Shown in pieces: positions 10,327-22,397 of a DNA stretch of 33,413 bases. Under the pieces are notes generated by a model. It saw nothing but the letters and a program-made list of their open reading frames with translations. It made no database searches and was not told the origin of the DNA. The translations under genes and the position numbers were made by a program. Every line of letters begins with the position of its first letter. Position 1 is the stretch's first letter. This DNA comes from Lama guanicoe. Lineage: Eukaryota. Where the stretch lies: positions 4,861,575-4,894,987 of the forward strand of contig MU053379.1 in assembly GCA_013239625.1 (NCBI GenBank), written 5' to 3'.

Positions 10327-11245
10327 GCCTCCCCAGGCGCCCGGAGGAGCCTGGCCAGCGGGTGCGGGCGCGGAGCCGGCAAGGGTGGACCCAGGCGGAC
10401 AGCCTGTGGGTCTGTGCAGTGTCTGTCATCACCAAGGACACTTGGAGCCCTGGGACCTCTGCCCACGCAGCCCCCGTTTCCACCCTTCCATGTCCTTCTC
10501 AGAGCCGTGTAGTGCTCGGACGGATGGGCACTGCCGACCCTCCCAAGCGGAAACCCCAAAGACCTGGACCACGAGGCAGCCTCCGGACGGATTCTGGGGG
10601 ATCGGCGAGGGCGCGGCGGCCAGCGCCTGGAACGCCATCACGTTAGCAATATTCAGACTGGAAGGTGTGTTTATTCCCACGGAATGTGGTGCAGTAGGCA
10701 AGGGGCTGGGGGCATGTGCTTGTCCGCCTGTGGCCCAGGCTGTTTCCCCTGGCAGCCCTAGCCCACGCACCCCAAGCGTGTCTCCCTCCACACTGTCCCC
10801 ACCCTGGGAATGTCGGGCCTCCTCCGGAACGTGTCCACACTCAGCAGCCCCCACGCAGCAATATGCAATCCTGTGGCCTCGTAGGTCGGGGGCTGGGGGA
10901 CAGGCCCGCGCCTCCCAGGGGGGGCCCAGGTTTACTCCAGGACCTCCAGGCAAAGGAGCCACGGACGCCCCTCAGCATAAGGACACGGGCCGCTTGAACC
11001 ACCCGCCCTGACACCTTGGTGACAACAGTGGCACTGATGGTCGCACACGGGACACGAACCTTCTCGGTCAACTAAGCCAACGGCTATTTCCTTGTCCTTT
11101 TTTTCAGTGCAGCTGCTGCTTCTGCTGCTTATGTTATCAGACCAGCGCTGAGAAGGACGTGATCACAGACATTTTAATACCATTTCACTGCTGTTTCACG
11201 AGTGTTCCTTATTTAACAAATAGTATCTTTTAGCTTCTTTGCTTA
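10327..11245 (+). other. SYNDIG1: SYNDIG1 3' UTR (3' end inferred)
   Basis: Follows the stop codon and ends in an AU/U-rich block (about 11085-11260) typical of a transcript 3' end. Transposon relics resume after about 11410. The exact cleavage site is unknown. Confidence 0.6.
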
Positions 11246-11409
11246 CGGCTTTTCTTTCTGACCAGTATCAGCCCCTGGGTCTCACATTTCCCTTGTCGGT
11301 AAAGCAGGTGCAGAGCCCCCAGGACTCGGCGGCCAGAGCAGGCGTCGGGCGCCCGCAGGTGGTGTCCCAGGGCTCCCAGCAGCCACGCGGATGAGCAGCA
11401 TTATCCTAA

Positions 11410-11555
11410 CCCCTCGGGGGACGCAGAGGCCGCCTCCCTGTGGTGCCACCCAAGCACTTACAGAATCCCTGCCTCCCAGCCCCGAAGCCGTCTGGTTGGT
11501 CAGGGATGCGGCCTGGTGATTCCAGAGCGCAGCGACAGTCAGGGGCGGCCATCCC
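11410..11555. mobile_element. Possible MER5-type hAT-Charlie MITE relic
   Basis: tctggttggtcagggatgcggcctggtgattccagagcgcagc resembles MER5 aattggtctggggtgcggcctgg...ggtgattctaatgtgcagc. Heavily degraded. Confidence 0.35.
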
Positions 11556-11769
11556 GGAGTGAGGGCTCAGGCTGACTGCCCGCCCCCACTGCCTCTCCCC
11601 CTCTCCGCCCCACACACTTCTAATATCCTGAAAATTGTTAGCATGGCCGTCCCGGGTCAAACCCGAGACCCACCTGGCATCAGCGTCTGCTGGACGCTCT
11701 AGCAGCACCCCGAGCAGGGTGCACGGAAGAACCCCGAACCCCGGGGAGTCGGAGCAACCTGGGGGAGAG

Positions 11770-11925
11770 CGAGGGTGCGGGACCAGACCCCCGGGCTTGC
11801 GGCCGGCTGTGCTGCGCTGCCGTCGAGCTGTGTGGTCCTGGGCAGGTGCGCGCGCTTCTCTGGACCTCGTCTCCCGGAGACGGGCGGAGCGAGGCCCGCC
11901 CCCAGGGCTGCTGGTGAACGCAGGG
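11770..11925 (+). mobile_element. MIR SINE, strongly GC-shifted
   Basis: gagctgtgtggtcctgggcaggtgcgcgcgcttctctggacctcgtctccc...cccgcccccagggctgctggtga versus MIR tagctgtgtgaccttgggcaagttacttaacctctctgtgcctcagtttcc...cctacctcatagggttgttgtga. Confidence 0.65.
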
Positions 11926-14900
11926 CACCGCCGGCCACCGGCGTGCGGGGGATGGGTGGCCAAGGTCTCTCAGGTCCTGGGAGTCCGTCCGTGGCTCGTC
12001 GGCGTCCTGTCTTCTCAGCCCAGTCTCTCAGGTTTACTCAGCAAGAGTCAGTGTATGAGATGACGTCCTCGTATTTATCCTGAAATGTCCATTTTTAGTT
12101 CAAGAGGTGCCCAAACTGGCCAATCCTTGGTGAGACTGAGAAGCAGAATCCAGCCGGTGTGTTCTCTCCCCCACCTCCGCCACCGCCACAGCCCTACCCT
12201 GCCCCTCTGTGCTGCTGCTGGACCCCCTCCCGCCTTCCCTGTGGAAACCCTCCCTGCAAAACGCTCCGCCCTCCCTAGACCCTCTGAGCTCTGCCAAGCC
12301 TCCCCAGGACCAGGACGGCAGCCATGCCCAGGGCCTAGTGGTCGTGAGTGTGCGAGGGTCAGGCCAAGCCTGTCACAGGACACCTGACGGGCCACGTGGC
12401 CTGCAGCTCCCAGCCCTGCGAGCGGCTCAGCCTTGTGGTGGGGGGTGGGCACATGGCGTAGTGTAAGCCCCACAGCAGCCACCACAGACGGGGCACCATC
12501 TCAACAGAATCCGCCCCCGGCCCTGGGCCCGCGTTCCCCCCCAGAGACCCTGGCCCGGTGGGGGCAGGGCAGGAGGTCAAAGTTGAGGTTCAGGAACAGC
12601 AACCTGCCGGATGCTCCCAAGGGCAGCCGCAGGGCGAGGGCAGACCCACCGGCACTCCCCCAGGCCACACAGCACCCCGGGACTCCCTCTTGGCCCCCGT
12701 GGGCACCGCCTGCCACTCTGCGCCCTCCCCACTTTCTGTAAAGACTCTTTCTGCGGCAGAGACCCAGCGCAGGAACTTCTCCCAAAGTCGCACCCCAGGA
12801 GACAGCAAAGTCAGGCTGCAGCCCGGACGTCAGGCCCTTGGCCCTACCCCTTCCCCAGCAGGGCCGCGCCGTGGTTACAAAGTCGGGAGCCACGTGTTGG
12901 TGGGCCAGGGCTCCCAGGGACCTGTGAGGACTTTGGTTTGTTTTCAGGCACGTCCTTGCCAGAGGGTGCCGGGTGGGGGGCAGGGGAGTGGGGAGGGATA
13001 GGGGCCTGGGGCGGCCCCATGAAGACATCCTCTCGGCAGAGGCGGTGTCTGGTTCCCCAGCAGCCCACCCCTCCACGTCCTTGGACAAGCCCGCGGCTGC
13101 CTGCCTCCGGCCTCAAGGCCCCTCCACGCCCTGCTTCCCTGGGCCTGCTGGCTTCACAGGTGTCCTACATCACCAGGTGCCCCGCTGGCCCAGACGGTCC
13201 AGCATTCCCCAGGGAACTGCCGGGGCCCGAGGAGAGCCTGGGGGAGGAGGCCACATTCACGGGATGCCGTGCCAACAGCGGACACAGACGACATCGGGGG
13301 GCCGCACGGCTGCCTGGGAGCAGGTCCCCTGACACAGGACCAGCCTGTCCTGAAGCCGAGGCAGGCATCCCTTGCCCCAGCCAGAAGCCTGCACCTCTCA
13401 GGAGGCTGGGGGCCGTGTCTCATTCGGGCAGCTCTGGCTTTAAAATGCATCCGTGGAGGCACGTTCCCATCTGCCAACAACCTCAAGCACTTCCAGGGTC
13501 AATGTCCGGGTCACTCAGCTGAGCTGCCCTTCCAGGCCCTGGGGCTTCAGAGGCCCCCAGAGAGCCAGTTAAGCACCAGCCCTTATGAGGACAATTTTGT
13601 GTCATCCCCTCAATGTCCACGTGGCTTTGTGGCCACAGGTGTTGACATCTGTTGACCCAGTTTGCCAATAAACCGTTCAGTGTAGACTCAGACCCTGAGC
13701 GGAGGCTGCCGTCTGGGAAAAGCGGCTGTCCTGTCTCCCACCCACCAGCGGTCACGCTCACATCTGTGCTGGCTGTTGGTGACCTTGGGAGCGTCAGTGG
13801 AGCCAGAGGGCTGTGAGGCTGAGGCTGAGGCCCCCATGACCTCTTGAAAGCCCCCCTCCCGCATCTTCAGGATGAGCTGAGCTGCCGGGGGCAGGGGCGG
13901 GCGAGGGCGGGCTCAGCCCTGGTTCTCACCAGGAGATTCTGCTCCCATTAGCAAAGCAGTGACGGGCGTCACATCTGCCAGCCAAGCGTGCAGATCGAGT
14001 GATAATTTGTCATCTTGCTGAGCCCATGGGAGGGGTCGGGGCTCCGGGTGGCCATGGGCAGACCCTGTGTGCAATGCACAGCTGCTTCTGAGAGCCGAGA
14101 GCCAGCGGTCCAGCGCCACGGGAGTGACGGTGGGGCCACCTGTGCGGCCTGGGAACAGGGTCCAGGGTTGATGGCAGAGCAAGCACAGAGCCTGGTGCCC
14201 CCCACCCTGGGGGGGGCGGCTCCCTGGGCACCCCGAGTGGGTCTCGGGCAGGGAAGACCCTGGGGCTCTAGAGATTTGCCCAAACCTGCCGGGTGGAGAA
14301 GACAGCGCGGCCGACTAGGACGGGTGGTCGGGTGACGGGGCAGAGCGCGGGTGCTCGGGGAGAAGCGCCAGGTGGCACGTCCTGGGCTGGGGGCTCCCAG
14401 GGAGGAGCCGCATGCTCTGAAACCAGCCAGGTGCTGCCTCCCCCCCAGGCCCGCAGCAGCGTCGGGGTAGCTCTGAGCTTGAGCTCCTCTTTCCGCTGAC
14501 CCAGGCCGGCGGGGCACGCGCCGCGGTGGCGGATCTGAGCCCCGGGCAGCGGAATGGCTGCCCCTTTGCTGAGCACGGCCGTTGGTGTCCTTGTCACCCA
14601 GAAGCACTTCTCCTCCCGCAACTAGGGAGTTGGGGCCGCACTTACCCCACCAGGGGAACAGGCTCGTGAATTCAGCCTCTGCCGGGCACTCGGACCAGCA
14701 AGACCGACTGAGCTCTGCAGGGGCCGGTTCAGTGCCGCGGGGGGGGGGTGCCCTCTGACCTCTGACCTCTGGGGGCTGGGCTTGGGTTTCACTGGAAATC
14801 AGGTCATTTGGGGCCAGATGGAAGAGGAAAGGCAGGTAGGGAGGCAGTGAGACAGAGAGGTAGAGATGGATGACAGGGGAGACACCTCGCATCTGAGGGG

Positions 14901-15029
14901 CAGGGGCGCGGCAGCCCCCACGCCGCTGTCCAGTCCCTCGGGCCTTGGGTTGTGGCACCTCAGGTCATCCGTGTCCAGCGTGACTCAGCTGAAGAATAAA
15001 CAGTGACTTGCTCTGCCGTCGGTCTACAC

Positions 15030-15190
15030 TGGAGAAGCCATATTGGATTCAAACTCTTTCATTAAACAATCAAGTTGGGGAAGTGACCATCCTCGTCCCC
15101 TGCCGTGACGTCTCCACTCCCTGCACGTGGTCCCAGCACGTTTTGTAAGACACGAGTTTTCTGTTTCACTTGGTGAACACGGATTCCTGG
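15030..15190 (-). mobile_element. Old L1 ORF2 fragment
   Basis: attggattcaaactc...aatcaagttggggaagtgaccatc...cagcacgttttgta resembles antisense L1 attgggattgcattgaatc...gatcaatttggggagaattgacatc...cagcaatgttttgtag. Confidence 0.45.
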
Positions 15191-17324
15191 TAAGTGGAAG
15201 GAGCTCACGTGGGGTCTCCTTCAGGCTGAATTAGGGGCAGGGCCACGAAACCGTGCAGCTCAGCCCCGTGCGTCCTCTCAGGAAGGCCTGGGCAGTTAGG
15301 AGGGCGAGACGGCCGTGTGCGGCGCCGGTGGCCGATTCAGGACAGACGGGCCCCCTCTCCGACTGTGGCCGAGTCCGAGCAACACAGGGCCGGCAGCACT
15401 CTTGCTGCTTCCCAAATAGAAGCCCAGCTGCTCCAGGACCCAGTCTGCCCTCCAGCTGGCTTCTCGGGGGCTCTCCGACAACAGGCCTTTTCAAAATCAC
15501 ACAAACCTGCAACGCGAAGCGTGCGTGGCCGGCAGACCCTGCTCGGCGCCCGCAGTCTTGCACCAGGCCCGGCAGCGCCTCTGTCTCGGGGGAAACTGCT
15601 CCCAGCGTCATTAGCAGAGGGACGCGACACCCAGGGAGGAAGGCTGGGTGGGGACGCGGGGAGGAGACACCCTCGGGGGAGCCTCCATCTAGGAAGTGCC
15701 GCCTCCAGAGCCCCAGGGGCTTAGGACACACCCCAGTGACCTCGTTTCAACTTGCACTCTGTGAAGACCCCGTCTGCAATGACAGCCACCCTCCGAGGTG
15801 CTGGGTTAAGACCCAACACACGGGTCTGGGGGGACACAGCTCAGCTGTACCACCACCCAAGCTCGAGCGTCTCCCATCCCCACGACTGGCCCCGCTCCAC
15901 CACACACACGGCCCGCAGTCCCTCGAGACCCTCCCCACCCCCTGCCCTCGGCCCCGGCCAGGTCTGCCCGCCTGTCTGTCCACCGGTGCCTGTGGGCCCG
16001 AGATCAAAGGGTCCATCCAAGGGGTGACACCAAGAGGCCTGGAGCCAACTCCGGTGCCACAGGCACGCACACCAGTCCTGGGAGAGAGGGAGCCTGACAG
16101 CCTAGGGACTCCGAGCTCAGGTCCTCCAGCTTTAACCTCCCGTGTCATCGCGGCGGGGACGTCACCCAGACGTGCGCCAGGCTGGCGTCTGCCTTCCCCG
16201 ACGAAGTCCTGGACAGGACGCTGCGCACTTCCATCGACAGAGGATGGGAGAGGCTCGCAGGGAAGCCACACGTGAGGACCTAGGGTGGCCGGGAGGAGGG
16301 CAATTCTGGGAGTGTCAGTGGTGACAAGCGCCCGCTCTGATGACAACACCTGTGACATAAATGAGGAAGCTGACTACGTTCGAGGGTCAGGCGACATCAG
16401 GGGACACCTGGAGATGCGTCTTAAAATAGTTTCTAAATGAGGCCAAGTGAAAGCTTCATGTGGTCACAGTCACCCTTGAGAGTGTGTGATACCGTAACGG
16501 GGAGCGAGAAGAGAACCCTGCTCCTCCCGCGGATGTCAGCCGCCGTGGGCACGAGCTGGTCTACCGGCTGTGCCTTTGCGCCCTCCAGCCTCACTCAGAT
16601 GCCCGTGGACCACCAGCCCCACACACTCAGGGGCCGCGCATCCCACCAGCACCCCGGTTTTGCCGCGGGAACTCACAGCAGCGCGCGAGGACTGCCACCC
16701 GCCAGCCCACCTGGGCGTCCTTCCTGCTTCCATCTTCTGGAGACAGTGCCCCCGGCCACTGCTCCTACTTGGTTCTGCCTCGGGAGTGCCCACGGGACCC
16801 TCACCCCACACCGCTGCCTCCCCCGGGGAACCCCTTTCACCCCATCAGTGGCAGGAGAACCTCAAAATCACTCCGCATTCTTCCTCTGAGTTTGCTTCTG
16901 AGGCATTGATTTGTTCAGGCTCCATGGCCTGTGTCCCCTCTGGATAAATGCTCACTGATGCCGGCCCGGTTACACAGCACCCTCCCTCCCACCTGCCCCC
17001 AGGCGCCTCGTTTCCCTGCATTTATCAAGTGCAGGTCAGTTGCACACACTTACGGCGGAGCTCCGCAGCGTCTGCAGGGAGAGGGCAGGAAGGCCTCCCT
17101 CACGTGTGTCCAGAATTCAATGACACTGAACTTGTGCTTTGATGTCTAGCCGGTCCTCCCCAGGTGAGTGTGAGCCGGGAGTAGGGGATGAGGTCAGGGG
17201 TCTTGAAATGAGTAAGGTGTCCTGGATCATCAATCTCGGGGTGAGTGTCATGGTGACCCTCCCCGTCACCCCTGGGCTGAAAGTTGGCAACCTGTCGTCA
17301 GGTCCTTGGGGTGAGTTGGGAGCA

Positions 17325-17831
17325 CCCCACAGTCCCTGCATCACTGAGGCCCCCCCATTGTCCTGCATCACTGAGGGTCCCCCACGGTCCCTGCATCACT
17401 GAGGGTCCCCCACTGTACCTCCATCACTGAGGGTCCCCCACCCTCCCCGCANNNNNNNNNNNNNNNNNNNNNNNNNNNNNNNNNNNNNNNNNNNNNNNNN
17501 NNNNNNNNNNNNNNNNNNNNNNNNNNNNNNNNNNNNNNNNNNNNNNNNNNNNNNNNNNNNNNNNNNNNNNNNNNNNNNNNNNNNNNNNNNNNNNNNNNNN
17601 NNNNNNNNNNNNNNNNNNNNNNNNNNNNNNNNNNNNNNNNNNNNNNNNNNNNNNNNNNNNNNNNNNNNNNNNNNNNNNNNNNNNNNNNNNNNNNNNNNNN
17701 NNNNNNNNNNNNNTCAGAGGCCCCCCCACTGTCCCTCCATCACTGAGGCCCCCACTGTCCCTGCATCAGAGGCCCCCCCACTGTCCCTCCATCACTGAGG
17801 CCCCCCCACTGTCCCTCCATCAGAGGGTCCC
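17325..17831. repeat. Minisatellite/VNTR, unit about 28 bp (cccccactgtccct[g/c]catcactgagg[gt]), interrupted by an assembly gap
   Basis: About 4.5 units before and about 4 units after the N run. A shorter variant unit (catcagagg, lacking ct) occurs after the gap. Confidence 0.92.
17452..17713. other. Assembly gap (262 N)
   Basis: Run of N inside the minisatellite. Confidence 0.99.
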
Positions 17832-19124
17832 GTAAACGCAGCACCGTCTGTGCAGGTGCGTCTGGGTTGTTCGCAGTTTGACGTTGGCAAACGAAGCTGC
17901 TGCTGCGTGTGTCCAGGCCTCCATGGGACCACAAGCTTCCACTTCATTCAGGAAAATACCCAGGAGAGCAGTTATTCACCCCTTTCTAACTGGCCTCCCT
18001 GCTGTCCCAGCCTCGCGCGCCCACTTCCTCACTGTGCTTCCTGGGACCCCCAAGTCCCTTTGAGGACAGTGACAGAGGTTTAGGTGGGATCAGGGGAGGG
18101 GGGCGCCTGCAGGAGGCCGGGCTCGTCTGGGGCAGGAGGGACAGGCCGCCAGCGTCTGGTCCGGGGCCTGGGACCTGGCTGTTCTTCTCACCTCCTCCCC
18201 CGTCTGCAGCTGGACCCGGTAAGTACAGGGATGGACCCCGAACCCCCGGAGTGGAGGACACCGAGGACAAGGCCTGGGAGGAGCCTCAGCTGGAGGGGCC
18301 ACCCGCCAATCTGGAAGCCCTCTGGACGTTCAGTGAATGAGCACCAACCCTGTGCCTGAGCCCCGGGGCACGGGGTCCTCCTGCCTCAGCAGCCAGCAGC
18401 CCCTGGCTGAGTCTGACCTGGGCTACCTGCCGGGCTGCTCGCAGGCAGAGGGACACCGGGAGCGGGTCCGTGGGACCAAGCCCCAGCGTCGAGGAGAGGA
18501 GAGAGGGCTGCGTTCCCCTGACCCCATCAAGCCCAGGACGAGCCCAGCGCAGAAGCAGCCAGCCTTCACCCCAGGCCCCGCCCCCTTCAGCCCCGCAGGC
18601 TCCGCCCAGAACACGGAGGAGGGGTCGACATCCCAGCTGGAAGCCCAGCCCCTGGGAACAAAGGTCTGACCATGCGCGGCCCGCAGCGTCTAACACGAGC
18701 TGCAGGGACACAGAGGTCAGCGTCGCCCTAATTAGGAGGCCGGAACAGCGGGCACAGCAGCTGGACTGTGTCAGGTGCGCCCCCTGCCCCCAGGCCTGCC
18801 CGGGCCTCGTCCGCAGCTGCTGTCACATCCCGCCTGGCTCCCGGATGGGCCTGTGCGCTGGTGAGGCAGGAAGACTCGGCTCCTTTGGAAGGAGACACTG
18901 CAGGGGCCGCTCTGCTGAGGCTTCCGGGGAGATCCGCCACCGTGTCTAACTGTGAAATGCGCTCCAGCTTGTGGGCAAAGCCAGGCTGCTGCCGTGAGTG
19001 GACACAGTGTAATCCCCGCCTTCCCGGCCTCCCCGCTGCCGGGCTGGTGCGGGGACGGGGGGCAGCACCCTGCTACGGCCACTTCCCAACACAGCACGAG
19101 ACAGGAGCCACAGCAACCCCAGCA

Positions 19125-19235
19125 GCCCGGGAGCCCAGCTCAGCCTCTCACTTGCTCTGTGACCTGAGGCAAGTAACTCACCCTCTCTGAGCCTCTCCCC
19201 TCACCTGAAAAGCGGGGATGGCTGCCTACACTCAT
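19125..19235 (+). mobile_element. MIR SINE
   Basis: cccagctcagcctctcacttgctctgtgacctgaggcaagtaactcaccctctctgagcctc...cctcacctgaaaagcggggatg is a clear MIR core. Confidence 0.85.
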
Positions 19236-19354
19236 TTCACACGCTGCTGGGACGCTGGGTGGGGTGGGCCCACCCAAGCCCAGCGCTGGATGCTGCAGAC
19301 CTGCCCAGTATCATCAGCATCCTCACCAGACACAAGGCCTGGATGGTCCTAACT

Positions 19355-19415
19355 AGGCTTGGGTGAGTCACTGGTCCTCTATGAACCTCTGTCTCCTTTT
19401 CTGCTCGGTGGTGGA
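19355..19415 (+). mobile_element. MIR fragment
   Basis: ggcttgggtgagtcactggtcctctatgaacctctgtctcctt resembles accttgggcaagtcacttaacctctctgagcctcagtttcctc. Confidence 0.45.
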
Positions 19416-22397
19416 AGAGCCTCTGCCCTGCTGACCCTGGTGGTGCTGCTGGGAGGGCACAGAGGAAACACTGCATGACAGCCTGCTGTCACGGGCTCCT
19501 ACCAGGAGCACCGCGGGTCCTCAGATGCAGCAGAAGGAAAAGGTGCTAGGCCTGGCGCTCAGCTCAGAGCCGCCTGAGCGTCTTGTGTGCACCAGAGCCC
19601 CGTGGCCACGGCAACCCTTACCGGGAGCTGCATTTGAGGATGACTACGGAGCACCAATACTAATTAATCAGAGCCCAGACACCTGGGTCCGGGCAGGGGC
19701 GTAGCTCACACGTGCCCCTTTCCAGCCACGTGGGCTCCGCGCGGGGCCAGGCTGCTGGGCTGGAGGCTGGCCCTGCCGGCTGAGTCCTGGCTTTGCTGCC
19801 TGGCCTCCCGAGCACTGGGATTAACACACGCCCCCAGCTCCCTCCCTCCTTCCCACCAGCACCCGTCCACCCACCTCAGCCCCTGCCCAACTCTCTAAAC
19901 TGTCATGGTGAGGTCACGCTGGTGTCACCCCCCTCTTCTCCATCATGAACAAGACTCACATTCTGTTTGCACCAAAATTGTGCATCCCTCCCCCAAAGCA
20001 TCCCACAGACTGCAGTGAGCTCGGGTGAGTGGGGCCTGGGGGGAGCTCAGGGGCTCTGGGGGAACTTGGAGGAGGTGGGCGGGGGCCCCACGGGCCTGAG
20101 TGTCTGCAGTGGGGTCACCTGGACCCCAGTCTCCTCCAGGCAAGTGGTGCCACGGCTCCAGCAGGGTCTGGAGATGGTGGGGGGAGGCCAGGAACGGGGC
20201 AGGTGGGTGCCCCCACACGAGTAGCAGTGCCCAGGTGATGGGCCCCCACCCCCGGGAAGGGCACAGCCCAGCCCTCCTCCGTGCCGCGGCTACAGCTTCC
20301 CCTCACAACGGTCCATCGTTCTTGGGGTCCAAGCCTCATGAGCCTCCTTCCTGCATGCTGGGGTAACAAACCTGCAGCCCCACGGAGAACACGGGCGAGC
20401 GCACCCTTGCAGACGTGACCAGAGCCAGCGGCCGGGAGCTCAGACCGCTTCCCATCTGTCACCCACACTCCTGATCCCACTTTCCTTTCCCTGGGGGCGA
20501 GCCGGGGACGAGCCCATCACGTCCAGCCCCCGTCAGAACTGTGGTCCTGTGCCCTCTGCCCAGCAAGGCCTGCGAGGGAGTCTGGCCTCCGCTGTGGACC
20601 AGACTGCGCTTCATGCCTGGAGGACTCAGCCAAGGCAGGTCCTGGGCCAGCCAACCTCACGTTCGCCTTGGAGCACTGGGTGCTCGGGGCAGATGCTGGA
20701 ACCCTGCTTGCAGGAAGTCATGGAGGGCTTCCTGAAGGAAGGGGAAATGGAGGAGAGGAATCCTGGGGTGTTAGTCTGAGCAGCAACAGCCTGCCCCCGT
20801 TTTGCAGCCTGGCTCAGGGCACGCCACTGAACCCCAGCTCAGGGAGCTGCATCTGAGGCGGGACAGGGGTTTGCAGTCACAGGAGGCCCGCCACCCCCGA
20901 GTTTTGTCTGAGAAATGACTGGCTTCTTGGATGCAGGGAGACCAGGTGGCCTCAGCCTTTGCCACGTAGCAGGGCTGCTGGAGGCCCCGGCCTGTCCTCC
21001 CTGGCAGAAAGGCCTCAGACTTGGTGTTGGGAGGAGGCCCTTTGGCTACGGGACAGGGTGGAAGAAATCCCTGCCCCTTGCCTGGGTCCAGCTGCACAAT
21101 GGAGGCTGCACTGTCCCACCTTCTTCATCTTCTGCCACTGGTGGGGCTCTGGGTCAGAAGGACCTAATGGCCCACCAGCAACACAGTGCCTTCCATCATC
21201 AAATCCACTTCCTCCCCTGCCTGGAGCCTGCAGCCGTCCCCTCCACCTGGGGTATCGTCAGGCCGGAGAGGGCCAAGGACCCTCGAGGACCCCCTGCATC
21301 CTCCCTGGGACCGTCTCTACAGCCCCAGACTGCTCAGTCCCAGCCCGCTCTCCAGTCCACCGACACTGTCCCTGAGCATCCAGCCTGCATGACCGCTGAG
21401 GTCACCTGGACAGAAGCCTGGATGATGAACTGGTGACACTGAGCCGCGTCCGTCCCCCATGCCCTTCACACGGTGCTGTGCTGACGTCCGAGGCTAAGCC
21501 GCCTCTCTCTCCTGGGGCTTGGCCTCCACGTGGGGGAGACCACGTGGAGAGGGCACTGGGCCCGGCTGGCCAGGCTTGTCCAGCAGAGCCCCGCACGTCC
21601 TGTGCTCATCCAGATCCCTGACCCACACGCGAGGTCAATAAACAACGCTGTTTAAAGCTGCCGAGGCTTCAGCTGGTCTGTTGTGAAGCCATAGCAACCG
21701 AAACAATGTGTGTGTCTCCAAGGACGTCTTTCCTCGGGCTCAAGGCCTGCGGGGGCGCACTGCGTGAGGATGCGGGGCCGGGACATGGCGCTCATCCTCC
21801 AGGCTCTGCTGGTCCCCCTTGTGTCACATCTCTTGGCCCAAATGTAACTGGAGCTGTACTCAGGTGGCTTCAGAGTCCCCAGCGTCAACAGCAGCAAATG
21901 TGCAAAACTGAACAAGAGGCAGGACAGAACGTTCCCATCGTTGCAGGTGACAGGGCACAGACGCACTGTCCCCTGATCTCTGCCAGGTGGGTGTGACTCC
22001 TAGGGGGACACAGATGCCAGCCTGGGACCCAGCACCTCCCACTGGCCCCCCACAAGACCCTCTGGGTTTGGGGGGTGAGGTCACCAAGCAGCAGGTGCGA
22101 CTGAGAAATTAGATGCAGGTCTCCCATTAGGGATCGATCAGACAACCGCAAACACATCACGGAGCATTCGTCCTGGAGGTGTCCGAGCCCAGACACCTCT
22201 GGGAAGCAGACTGAGACTCGCAGCTAAGGAAACCCAGAGCTGCAAAAGTCCTGCCACTTTAGAGGACATGTGCACACATAAGCCGCTGAGGCAAGAGCAG
22301 CTGCAGAGAAGCAGGTACCAAACCGCTAATGTGATCCTCTCTGGGCAAAGTTACAGAGACGTTCTTCTCATAATTTAGGAACTTTCTTCCTAAGCGG

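Noticed and set aside
10013..11011. 332-aa ORF overlapping the SYNDIG1 exon in another frame
   Set aside because: Starts in the intron, is out of frame with the recognisable protein, is P/S/G-rich with no family signal, and no frame-shifting acceptor was seen.
13585..13600. gaggacaattt resembling SYNDIG1 penultimate-exon sequence (EDNF)
   Set aside because: Only a short chance match, downstream of the stop, with no continuing similarity.
12611..16358. Long ORFs of 303, 329, 340 and 203 aa
   Set aside because: No homology recognised, compositionally biased, and overlapping ORFs on both strands as expected from GC content.
16540..16900. Possible antisense L1ME relic
   Set aside because: Similarity too degraded to support by eye; needs RepeatMasker.
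17325..17831. CRISPR-like array
   Set aside because: Units are head-to-tail with no unique spacers and the DNA is mammalian; it is a minisatellite.
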